A DNA stretch of 9,636 bases from IMG/VR virus record IMGVR_UViG_2529292736_000006. One strand, written 5' to 3'. The notes under the pieces are model-generated. The model was not told where the DNA came from, made no database searches, and was given only the letters and a program-made list of their open reading frames with translations. This document shows positions 1 through 6,312 of the stretch, in pieces. Position 1 is the first letter of the stretch; each line of letters opens with the position of its first letter. The position numbers and the translations under genes are program-made. This DNA comes from a virus (taxonomy: Duplodnaviria > Heunggongvirae > Uroviricota > Caudoviricetes).

Positions 1-1284
1 TTACTTCTTCGCCTCTGCAACCACTTTACTACCCACGCCGCGGTTATTGTATTCCCACATGCGGTTGTAGTTAGTGTCATTCAGATTGCGCTGTATTTCG
101 TCGTTATCATCTACGCTGCCGGTATTACCCGCAAACGGACGATTAGAGATCACCGCATCGGCCCACGGTTTAGCCGTGTTAAAACCTTCGTTGATGGCGC
201 TATCACGGATCACCACCTGACCGTTGGTATTGGCATCAACATCCAGCGAGCGGCCCAGTTGCGCCACACCATCACCGAAAGCATTGAAACGGCTGTTTAC
301 GGCGAGGAAACCGTAGTAAATGTTGGACAGCGTAGCCGGTGCAAACACATACGCTTCTTGCTGAGTACGTGAGTTCACCACGCGGAATTCGGTGTTATCG
401 AACACCACTGCGCCGCGACCAGAAACGATATCCACATCCCCTTCAATGTAGCTGTTGGTCACCAGCGTACGCGGCTGACGGTTGGTTTCCAGACGGTTCT
501 GCACACCGCTGTTGGTGACAAAGAAGGTGTTCTGACGACCGAGAATGTTAACGTTGTTAATCTGCACCAGGTCACCATCAGTACGCAGTGCCACCGCCGG
601 ATGGTTACCTGCATCTACGCTATCGCCCAGCGTGTTTTCGATGGTCAGATTTTGCAGTTGCAGGCCATTGTTTTGTGACCAGAAGACCGCAGAGCAGAGA
701 ACACCGATACTGTCGCTGCGTTTGCTCTGGCAGCTATCGTACATATACCACGCTGGTTTACCTGGCATATATTTGCCGCGCGGGTTGACGTCGTGACGCC
801 AGTCGGCAGGGCTCATGCCACCATCAAGGGAAAGCCCAATCTTCACATCAATCGGTTTTTCACCTGTACCGTACAGAGTAATTCCACCCGGAGCGGCAGG
901 GACATATACCGTTCCCTGATACTCACCAGGCATCACGGCAATATACTGGCGCTTGTTGGTACGCTTGATAATTGCCGCATCTACCGCCGCCTGAATCGTG
1001 GTATGCGTTACACCTTGAGTGCCCGCCGGGCCGACAACAAAGTCAGGTTGCGCAGGCAGGGTAATCGGGGAAGGATTCCACGCTGCAGCACCTGGTGTCA
1101 GGGATGCAAAATAGTGTTGAGCATCGAAATTCTGCGCTTCTTTTGCCGACAGAATCGGGCGAGAAGAGGTACCAGGCGCGGTTTGATCAGAAGGACGTTG
1201 ATCGGGCGGGGTTGAGCTACAGGCGGTCAGCGTCACGCCAAAAGCCAATGCCAGCGCCAGACGGGAAACTGAAAATGTGTTCAC
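1..1284 (-). CDS. ybhC: YbhC, pectinesterase-family outer-membrane lipoprotein (427 aa, host gene flanking attB-lambda)
   Basis: Full-length minus-strand ORF with GTG start at 1284 and TAA at 1-3. N-terminus MNTFSVSRLALALAFGVTLTACSS has a lipoprotein signal with lipobox LTAC. Recognised from memory as E. coli YbhC, which lies on the gal side of attB-lambda. Confidence 0.9.
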   Translation of the reverse strand: MNTFSVSRLALALAFGVTLTACSSTPPDQRPSDQTAPGTSSRPILSAKEAQNFDAQHYFASLTPGAAAWNPSPITLPAQPDFVVGPAGTQGVTHTTIQAAVDAAIIKRTNKRQYIAVMPGEYQGTVYVPAAPGGITLYGTGEKPIDVKIGLSLDGGMSPADWRHDVNPRGKYMPGKPAWYMYDSCQSKRSDSIGVLCSAVFWSQNNGLQLQNLTIENTLGDSVDAGNHPAVALRTDGDLVQINNVNILGRQNTFFVTNSGVQNRLETNRQPRTLVTNSYIEGDVDIVSGRGAVVFDNTEFRVVNSRTQQEAYVFAPATLSNIYYGFLAVNSRFNAFGDGVAQLGRSLDVDANTNGQVVIRDSAINEGFNTAKPWADAVISNRPFAGNTGSVDDNDEIQRNLNDTNYNRMWEYNNRGVGSKVVAEAKK

Positions 1285-1330
1285 AGGTTGCTCCGGGCTA
1301 TGAAATAGAAAAATGAATCCGTTGAAGCCT

Positions 1331-1345
1331 GCTTTTTTATACTAA
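1331..1345. other. attL: Prophage attachment site attL, 15-bp common core (GCTTTTTTATACTAA)
   Basis: Exact lambda att core sequence read at 1331-1345. Bacterial B-arm sequence (gttgaagcct) on the ybhC side and phage P' arm on the int side, which is the B-O-P' arrangement expected for attL. Confidence 0.9.
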
Positions 1346-1422
1346 GTTGGCATTATAAAAAAGCATTGCTTATCAATTTGTTGCAACGAACAGGTCACTA
1401 TCAGTCAAAATAAAATCATTAT
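1346..1422. promoter_or_regulatory. attL P' arm: IHF H' site and Int arm-type sites P'1-P'3
   Basis: TATCAATTTGTTG at 1371-1383 fits the IHF consensus WATCAANNNNTTR. Tandem arm-type repeats AGGTCACTAT / CAGTCAAAAT / AAAATCATTAT lie at about 1392-1421, matching what I recall of the lambda P' arm. The sites run into the int stop codon as in lambda. Confidence 0.75.
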
Positions 1423-2489
1423 TTGATTTCAATTTTGTCCCACTCCCTGCCTCTGTCATCACGATACTGTGATGCCATGGTGTCCGACTTATGCCCGAGA
1501 AGATGTTGAGCAAATTTATCGCTTATCTGCTTCTCATAGAGTCTTGCAGACAAACTGCGCAACTCGTGAAAGGTTGGCGGATCCCCTTCGAAGGAGAGAC
1601 CTGATGCTTTTCGTGCGCGCATAAAATACCTTGATACTGTGCCGGATGAAAGCGGTTCACGACGAGTAGATGCAATTATGGTTTCTCCGCCAAGAATCTT
1701 TTTGCATTTATCAAGTGTTTCCTTCATTGATATCCCGAGAGCATCAACATGCAATGTTGTTGGGATGGCAATTTTTACGCCTGTTTTGCTTTGCTCGACA
1801 TAAAGATATCCATCTACGATATCAGACCACTTCATTTCGCATAAATCACCAACTCGCTGCCCGGTAACAACAGCCAGTTCCATTGCAAGTCTAAGCCAAC
1901 ATGGTGATGATTCTGCTGCTTGATAAATTTTCAGGTATTCGTCAGCCGTAAGTCTTGATCTCCTTACCTCTGATTTTGCAGCGCGAGTGGCTGCGACCGG
2001 GTTTGTTGTTATATGGCCTTCAGCCATAGCCTCTCGGAATGCATCGCTCAGTGTTGATCTGATTAACTTGGCTGATGCCGCCTTTCCCTCGTCTATGTAT
2101 CCATTGAGCATTGCCGCAATTTCTTTTGTGGTGATGTCTTCAAGTGGAGCATCAGGCAGACCCCTCCTTATTGCTTTAATTTTGCTCATGTAATTTATGA
2201 GTGTCTTCTGCTTGATTCCTCTGCTGGCCAGGATTTTTTCGTAGCGATCAAGCCATGAATGTAACGTAACGGAATTATCACTGTTGATTCTCGCTGTCAG
2301 AGGCTTGTGTTTGTGTCCTGAAAATAACTCAATGTTGGCCTGTATAGCTTCAGTGATTGCGATTCGCCTGTCTCGGCCTAATCCAAACTCTTTACCCGTC
2401 CTTGGGTCCCTGTAGCAGTAATATCCATTGTTTCTTATATAAAGGTTAGGGGGTAAATCCCGGCGCTCATGACTTCGCCTTCTTCCCAT
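1419..2489 (-). CDS. int: Lambda integrase Int (tyrosine recombinase, 356 aa)
   Basis: 356-aa ORF whose translation (MGRRRSHERRDLPPNLYIRNNGYYCYRDPRTGKEFGLGRDRRIAITEA...DKIEIK) I recognise as lambda Int. The stop lies 81 bp from the att core centre, as in lambda, and the start overlaps xis. Confidence 0.97.
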   Translation of the reverse strand: MGRRRSHERRDLPPNLYIRNNGYYCYRDPRTGKEFGLGRDRRIAITEAIQANIELFSGHKHKPLTARINSDNSVTLHSWLDRYEKILASRGIKQKTLINYMSKIKAIRRGLPDAPLEDITTKEIAAMLNGYIDEGKAASAKLIRSTLSDAFREAMAEGHITTNPVAATRAAKSEVRRSRLTADEYLKIYQAAESSPCWLRLAMELAVVTGQRVGDLCEMKWSDIVDGYLYVEQSKTGVKIAIPTTLHVDALGISMKETLDKCKKILGGETIIASTRREPLSSGTVSRYFMRARKASGLSFEGDPPTFHELRSLSARLYEKQISDKFAQHLLGHKSDTMASQYRDDRGREWDKIEIK

Positions 2490-2685
2490 TTCTGATCCTC
2501 TTCAAAAGGCTACCTGTTATTGGTCGATTTAAGTCAACCTTTACCGCTGATTCGTGGAACAGATATTCTCTTCCATCCTTAACCGGAGGAGGGAATATCT
2601 TGCATTCGCGCACCCATCGACGAACTGTTTCAAGGCTTCTTGGGCGTCGCTGGCGAGCGTTCCACTCCTGAAGTGTCAAGTACAT
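2467..2685 (-). CDS. xis: Lambda excisionase Xis (72 aa)
   Basis: 72-aa ORF MYLTLQEWNARQRRPRSLETVRRWVRECKIFPPPVKDGREYLFHESAVKVDLNRPITGSLLKRIRNGKKAKS, recognised as lambda Xis. Its 3' end overlaps the int start by 23 nt as in lambda. Confidence 0.95.
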   Translation of the reverse strand: MYLTLQEWNARQRRPRSLETVRRWVRECKIFPPPVKDGREYLFHESAVKVDLNRPITGSLLKRIRNGKKAKS

Positions 2686-2711
2686 CGCAAAGTCTCCGCA
2701 ATTACACGCAA

Positions 2712-2732
2712 GAAAAAACCGCCATCAGGCGG
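2712..2732 (-). terminator. Candidate intrinsic terminator between the orf55-like gene and xis
   Basis: On the minus-strand transcript: 5-bp GC stem (GCCGG/CCGCC, plus-strand 2719-2723 and 2728-2732), 4-nt loop, then a U6 tract (plus-strand A6 at 2713-2718). The stem is short and it overlaps the orf55 stop codon. Confidence 0.45.
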
Positions 2733-2892
2733 CTTGGTGTTCTTTCAGTTCTTCAATTCGAATATTGGTTATGTCTGCATGTGCTATCTGCGCCCATATC
2801 ATCCAGTGGTCATAGCAGTCATTGATGTTCTCTGCTTCGATAACTCTGTTGAATGGTTCTCCATTCCATTCACCTGTGACTCGGAAGTGCAT
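2725..2892 (-). CDS. Small hypothetical protein (55 aa), same size and spacing from xis as the 55-codon ORF I recall downstream of xis in lambda
   Basis: ATG at 2892 to TGA at 2725-2727, found by manual translation (MHFRVTGEWNGEPFNRVIEAENINDCYDHWMIWAQIAHADITNIRIEELKEHQAA). It is absent from the supplied track because it is under the length cut-off. GGAG lies 5-8 nt upstream of the ATG and the gap to the xis start is 40 bp. Confidence 0.7.
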   Translation of the reverse strand: MHFRVTGEWNGEPFNRVIEAENINDCYDHWMIWAQIAHADITNIRIEELKEHQAA

Positions 2893-2902
2893 TTATCATC
2901 TC

Positions 2903-2930
2903 CATAAAACAAAACTCGCCGTAGCGAGTT
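2903..2930 (-). terminator. Candidate rho-independent terminator downstream of the 142-aa accessory gene
   Basis: On the minus-strand transcript: 7-bp stem (AACTCGC/GCGAGTT, plus-strand 2913-2919 and 2924-2930), 4-nt loop, then UUUUGUUUUAU. It sits 45 bp after the 142-aa ORF stop and just upstream of the orf55 ribosome-binding site. Confidence 0.5.
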
Positions 2931-2974
2931 CAGATATAATTTCCACCAAAGGCAGTAGTTGCTGATGCTAAGAA

Positions 2975-3403
2975 TTATTCAATATCTATTCCTGTAATAT
3001 CTTTTATCTTTTTCCTTGCAAAGCCTTTTGCTAGTGATTTTGAAACACTTATTAGTGTACTAATTCCCTCATCCTTAAAGTTTGTTTTTATAGTTTGCCA
3101 GACCTCCTTTTGACGCAAGTCAGCAATAAAATCATGCCCTCTTGCTGTCAACCTCAGTGGTACTTCGATCCAACTATATCCAACACCTTCCCCTAACTCG
3201 TTGGACATTATATGACCGAACCCAGGTTTTCCATCAACCCTGACTATTAATTCGTAGTCGCATAATAATCGCATATGGAAAATAAAATTTTGGTCATATC
3301 TATTAAAGCCATTATCCTCTAGTTCACTAAGCATCGTGTCAGGGCCATGAGTTTTTTCGAATGCGATAAGTAGATCTTTTAGATATTGCTGGTCTAATTT
3401 CAT
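2975..3403 (-). CDS. Hypothetical 142-aa protein, AT-rich accessory gene (moron); function unknown
   Basis: ORF with ATG at 3403 and TAA at 2975-2977, with a strong GGAGG ribosome-binding site 5 nt upstream. Composition is visibly AT-rich compared with the flanking lambda-like genes. I do not recall it in lambda at this position. A tentative resemblance to small phage DUF2513-type proteins (a ...LTARGHDFIADLRQKEVW... motif) is from memory only. Confidence 0.8.
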   Translation of the reverse strand: MKLDQQYLKDLLIAFEKTHGPDTMLSELEDNGFNRYDQNFIFHMRLLCDYELIVRVDGKPGFGHIMSNELGEGVGYSWIEVPLRLTARGHDFIADLRQKEVWQTIKTNFKDEGISTLISVSKSLAKGFARKKIKDITGIDIE

Positions 3404-3413
3404 TGCCGCCTCC

Positions 3414-3425
3414 GTGACATGTCAC
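3414..3425. promoter_or_regulatory. Perfect 12-bp palindrome GTGACATGTCAC (candidate operator or protein-binding site)
   Basis: Read directly at 3414-3425. It lies in the 28-bp gap between the Ea8.5-like stop and the 142-aa gene start codon, immediately upstream of its ribosome-binding site. A 5-bp stem with a 2-nt loop is too tight for a stable RNA hairpin, so a DNA-binding site is more likely. Confidence 0.3.
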
Positions 3426-3431
3426 AGAGAT

Positions 3432-3770
3432 TTATATCATTAATTTTGTTTCGTGCCAGCCTTTGGTCACCCAGCATTGTGAGTCACCATTACACGGGCA
3501 TGAATTAACAGGAACTCTCTCGCCGCACTTACCGCAACGTTTTCTGCTGATCGATTTTATACGCCAGCGCACACGTGCATCATCCTGGCGGCTCAGTAAC
3601 GCGATGTACTCACCAAACTCGTAAGGCGCATGCCTGAAGCGGCGCGTGGCTCAGTTACGATCCAGCATTTCAATTTCCTGAGCATCAAGTACAAGCTCCA
3701 GCTTACGCATACCGGATGATGCTTGCTTGGCTCTCTGATCGACTTTGCGCTCTGCTGATGATTTAGCCAT
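3432..3770 (-). pseudogene. Ea8.5-like ORF (N-terminal helical segment plus C-terminal Cys-rich zinc-ribbon-like segment) interrupted by an in-frame TGA
   Basis: A single minus-strand frame reads MAKSSAERKVDQRAKQASSGMRKLELVLDAQEIEMLDRN, then TGA at 3651-3653, then ATRRFRHAPYEFGEYIALLSRQDDARVRWRIKSISRKRCGKCGERVPVNSCPCNGDSQCWVTKGWHETKLMI and TAA at 3432-3434. Candidate starts are ATG 3770 and ATG 3710; the latter gives about 92 codons, close to the 93-aa lambda Ea8.5. Position relative to xis/orf55 and the two-part architecture suggest an Ea8.5 homologue. This is an inference, not a sequence identification. Confidence 0.45.
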
Positions 3771-3963
3771 TCTGCTTTTCCTGCATTAGGAGAAAGACAA
3801 TCATGGCGGCGCGGATACTTCCGGTATCTTTTTACTCGATATTACCCTTCAATGGCACATACAAGAAGAGAGCCATCAACAGGAGTGAGTGAGGAATCGA
3901 CAACCAGCAACGCTTAATTATCTATAGTGTCGTATTTGCTTCATAAAATATGGCGAATAACAC

Positions 3964-3998
3964 AAAGCCCGCAGCAGCTCATTGTGCGGGCTTTTCTT
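3964..3998. terminator. Strong hairpin terminator, possibly bidirectional, downstream of the 204-aa gene
   Basis: Perfect 10-bp stem AAAGCCCGCA / TGCGGGCTTT (3964-3973 and 3985-3994) with an 11-nt loop. The plus strand is followed by CTTTTCTTAT and the minus-strand reading by UUUGUGUUAUU. It lies about 65 bp downstream of the 204-aa ORF stop. Confidence 0.5.
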
Positions 3999-4063
3999 AT
4001 ACATACTTCCTAGAGATAATTCTATGGAGGCATTAAATTAATACTGTCATTGGTAATATCATA

Positions 4064-4678
4064 TTATCTAAAAGTCTTTCCACTTTTAACGTCTAGGTAT
4101 ATTCTGTTCGACAACGTCATTCCTCCGCAATATGTGAAATAGATGTTTTTCCCCTTATTGCTTGATGCCATCCACCCTCCGATTTCCTTAAAGTCGCTTT
4201 CCGTGCAGACCCCTTCGTTTATTAACTTCCTAGCTGCCGAAGAAAACTCTTTTTTGTATATACGGTAGTCATCAGATCCTTTGATTAAAGTATCATCTCC
4301 GCTCGCATTTTCAGCAGGATCTGATGGCCTTTCACTGCTAAGATCACTAAGTTTAACCCATTCTGAAAACTTGCCATTGACGATTCCGTTTTTTCTTGTG
4401 CAGGATTTATTACCTTCTTTAATATATTCGCTTTCCCCTCCCACACATGAGGCTGAATATGGCTCAGTTATACGAACCCATTCACCTTTTTTTTCTAGAA
4501 AATCTACGCCTTCCCTGAAAAATAGTTTCCCAGCCACTCCGCATTTACTTGAAGGGCAGGTATGTCTTTCCGTTCGATCAACAACAACCCAAAGTCTTGA
4601 TTCATTTTTTGCCATTGCCGATGGTATTTGAGATGAGACAATTAACGTAAGCCCTAAAATTAGTATTGATTTTTTCAT
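4064..4678 (-). CDS. Secreted or periplasmic Cys-rich hypothetical protein (204 aa), AT-rich accessory gene (moron); function unknown
   Basis: ORF with ATG at 4678 and TAA at 4064-4066; AAGGA ribosome-binding site 7 nt upstream. The N-terminus MKKSILILGLTLIVSSQIPSAMA-KNE looks like a Sec signal peptide with an AxA cleavage motif and no lipobox Cys. The mature part has 7 Cys and the gene is AT-rich. Confidence 0.85.
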   Translation of the reverse strand: MKKSILILGLTLIVSSQIPSAMAKNESRLWVVVDRTERHTCPSSKCGVAGKLFFREGVDFLEKKGEWVRITEPYSASCVGGESEYIKEGNKSCTRKNGIVNGKFSEWVKLSDLSSERPSDPAENASGDDTLIKGSDDYRIYKKEFSSAARKLINEGVCTESDFKEIGGWMASSNKGKNIYFTYCGGMTLSNRIYLDVKSGKTFR

Positions 4679-4763
4679 TGTAATTTCCTTTTACTTTTTA
4701 CAAAGCGTTTAATCATGGCTGATTATCTTTAAGCGTAGTAACAGCCTTGTGCGAAACATGTTA

Positions 4764-4768
4764 CCAAA
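4764..4768. repeat. IS2 target-site duplication CCAAA (left copy)
   Basis: CCAAA directly abuts the IS2 terminus at 4769 and is repeated at 6100-6104. Confidence 0.85.
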
Positions 4769-4779
4769 TGGATTTGCCC

Positions 4780-5685
4780 CTATATTTCCAGACACCTGTT
4801 ATCACTTAACCCATTACTGGCCTGCTGCCGCAGATATTCCCGTGGCGAGCGATAACCCAGTGCACTATGCGGATGCCATTCGTTATAATGCTCGAACGCC
4901 TCTGCAAGGTTCTTTGCTGCCGTTAACCCGTCTGGTTTAGGCATGATACTGATGTAGTCACGCTTTATCGTTTTCACGAAGCTCTCTGCTATGCCGTTAC
5001 TCTCCGGACTCCGCACCGCCGTGTTCTTCGGTTCAAGCCCCAACATCCGGGCAAACTGCCGTGTTTCATTAGCCCGGTAGCATGAACCATTATCCGTCAG
5101 CCACTCTACTGGAGACGCCGGAAGCTCGTTGCCGAAGCGGCGTTCCACCGCTCCCAGCATTACGTCCTGTACTGTTTCACTGTCGAAGCCGCCCGTAGTG
5201 ACTGCCCAGTGCAGTGCCTCACGGTCACAGCAGTCCAGCGCGAACGTGACTCGCAGTTTTTCTCCGTTATCACAGCGGAACTCGAACCCGTCAGAGCACC
5301 ATCGTTGATTGCTTTCTTTCACGGCCACTTTGCCAGTATGTGCCCGTTTCGATGGCGGTACAGCGGTTTTTCGCTCAAGCAACAGCGCATTCTGGCGCAT
5401 GATCCGGTAAACACGTTTGGCATTGATCGCAGGCATACCATCAAGTTCGGCCTGTCTGCGAAGCAGCGCCCATACCCGACGATAACCATACGTGGGCAGC
5501 TCTCCGATAACATGGTGTATACGGAGAAGCACATCCGTATCATCTGAGTGACGGCTGCGGCGACCATCTTTCCAGTCATCGGTTCGTCTGAGAATTACGT
5601 GCAACTGCGCACGCGACACCCGGAGACAACGGCTGACTAAGCTTACTCCCCATCCCCGGGCAATAAGGGCGCGTGCGCTATCCAC
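4780..5685 (-). CDS. insD: IS2 transposase OrfB (InsD, DDE integrase-like domain; normally expressed as an OrfAB fusion)
   Basis: 301-aa ORF ([34 protein letters not shown]...NRCLEI) recognised as IS2 InsD. It overlaps orfA in the -1 frame. Confidence 0.9.
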
Positions 5686-6008
5686 TTTTTTGCACGCCCG
5701 TATTCAACGGCTTCTTTAAGGAGTTCATTTTCCATCGTTTTTTTGCCGAGCAGGCGCTGGAGTTCTTTAATCTGCTTCATGGCAGCAGCAAGTTCAGAGG
5801 CAGGAACGACCTGCTCTCCTGCGGCCACAGCAGTAAGACTTCCCTCCTGGTATTGCTTGCGCCAGAGAAATAACTGGCTGGCTGCCACACCGTGTTGCCG
5901 GGCAACAAGGGAGACCGTCATTCCCGGTTCAAAACTCTGCTGAACAATAGCGATCTTTTCCTGTGTAGTACGCCGTCTGCGTTTCTCCGGTCCTAAGACA
6001 TCAATCAT
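5643..6008 (-). CDS. insC: IS2 OrfA (InsC, helix-turn-helix regulator, 121 aa)
   Basis: [56 protein letters not shown]... with ATG at 6008. The track's 136-aa version starts at an upstream in-frame ATG inside the inverted repeat and is probably not used. Confidence 0.9.
5685..5691 (-). other. IS2 A6G slippery motif for programmed -1 frameshifting (OrfA to OrfAB)
   Basis: AAAAAAG on the minus strand (plus-strand CTTTTTT at 5685-5691) in the orfA/orfB overlap, where IS3-family elements frameshift. Confidence 0.6.
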
Positions 6009-6099
6009 CTGCTCTCCAATGACTAGTCTAAAAACTAGTATTAAGACTATCACTTATTTAAGTGATATTGGTTGTCTGGAGATTCAGGGGGCCAGTCTA

Positions 6100-6104
6100 C
6101 CAAA
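6100..6104. repeat. IS2 target-site duplication CCAAA (right copy)
   Basis: Identical 5-mer directly abutting the other IS2 terminus. Confidence 0.85.
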
Positions 6105-6312
6105 TCGCCATTTCAGTGTATCCGCAGTTAGGCTGCCACTTCAAGGATTCCTAATTACATGGTACGTAAGCGTAAAATCCCGTTGGTTGTCGGGTAATAA
6201 CTCTGATCAAATCTCCCTTGTCTTTTGCTCTTACGTATGCAGCTCTTGTGTATTCAACCCAGGCCTCCAGTTCAGCAATACGCTTACTTCCATCCGAGAT
6301 AACACCTTCTAC
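6100..6312 (-). other. Protein-like in-frame continuation of the Ea22-like ORF beyond its TGA (disrupted C-terminal part)
   Basis: Same frame as the 83-aa ORF. After TGA (6313-6315) it reads VEGVISDGSKRIAELEAWVEYTRAAYVRAKDKGDLIRVITRQPTGFYAYVPCN, then TAG (6151-6153), then ESLKWQPNCGYTEMAIW up to the IS2 junction. No ATG or GTG start occurs in this stretch and the other two frames are closed. Confidence 0.45.

Larger units (their letters stand above)
4769..6099 (-). mobile_element. Insertion sequence IS2 (IS3 family), complete 1331-bp copy
   Basis: Termini recognised from memory: TGGATTTGCCCCTATATTTCCAGACA... at 4769 and ...TAGACTGGCCCCCTGAATCTCCAGACAACCAATATCACTTAA (reverse complement) ending at 6099. 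Length 1331 bp, internal orfA/orfB pair, flanked by a 5-bp direct repeat CCAAA. Confidence 0.95.

Noticed and set aside
545-1316. Plus-strand ORFs (545-796, 588-788, 793-1215, 1095-1316) in the track
   Set aside because: They lie entirely antisense within ybhC and are low-complexity, Arg/Cys-rich shadow frames. The 1095-1316 ORF runs out into the ybhC upstream region without a convincing ribosome-binding site.
1670-2193. Plus-strand ORFs 1670-1867 and 1987-2193
   Set aside because: Antisense shadow ORFs inside int.
2554-2907. Plus-strand ORFs 2554-2907 and 2640-2825
   Set aside because: They overlap xis and the 55-aa ORF on the opposite strand, which are better supported by the lambda-like minus-strand genes.
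3651-3653. Selenocysteine or other dedicated recoding at the in-frame TGA
   Set aside because: No evidence of a SECIS-like structure and no biological rationale in a phage accessory gene. Pseudogene or sequencing error is more economical.
3803-3892. 29-codon plus-strand ORF with AGGAGA ribosome-binding site (MAARILPVSFYSILPFNGTYKKRAINRSE)
   Set aside because: Too short and not protein-like enough to call as a CDS. Kept only as part of the spacer finding.
4281-4631. Plus-strand 116-aa ORF
   Set aside because: Antisense to the 204-aa secreted protein gene; Ser/Leu-rich shadow frame.
5643-6053. 136-aa extended version of IS2 orfA
   Set aside because: The 15-codon N-terminal extension starts inside the terminal inverted repeat. 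The known 121-aa InsC starts at the ATG at 6008.
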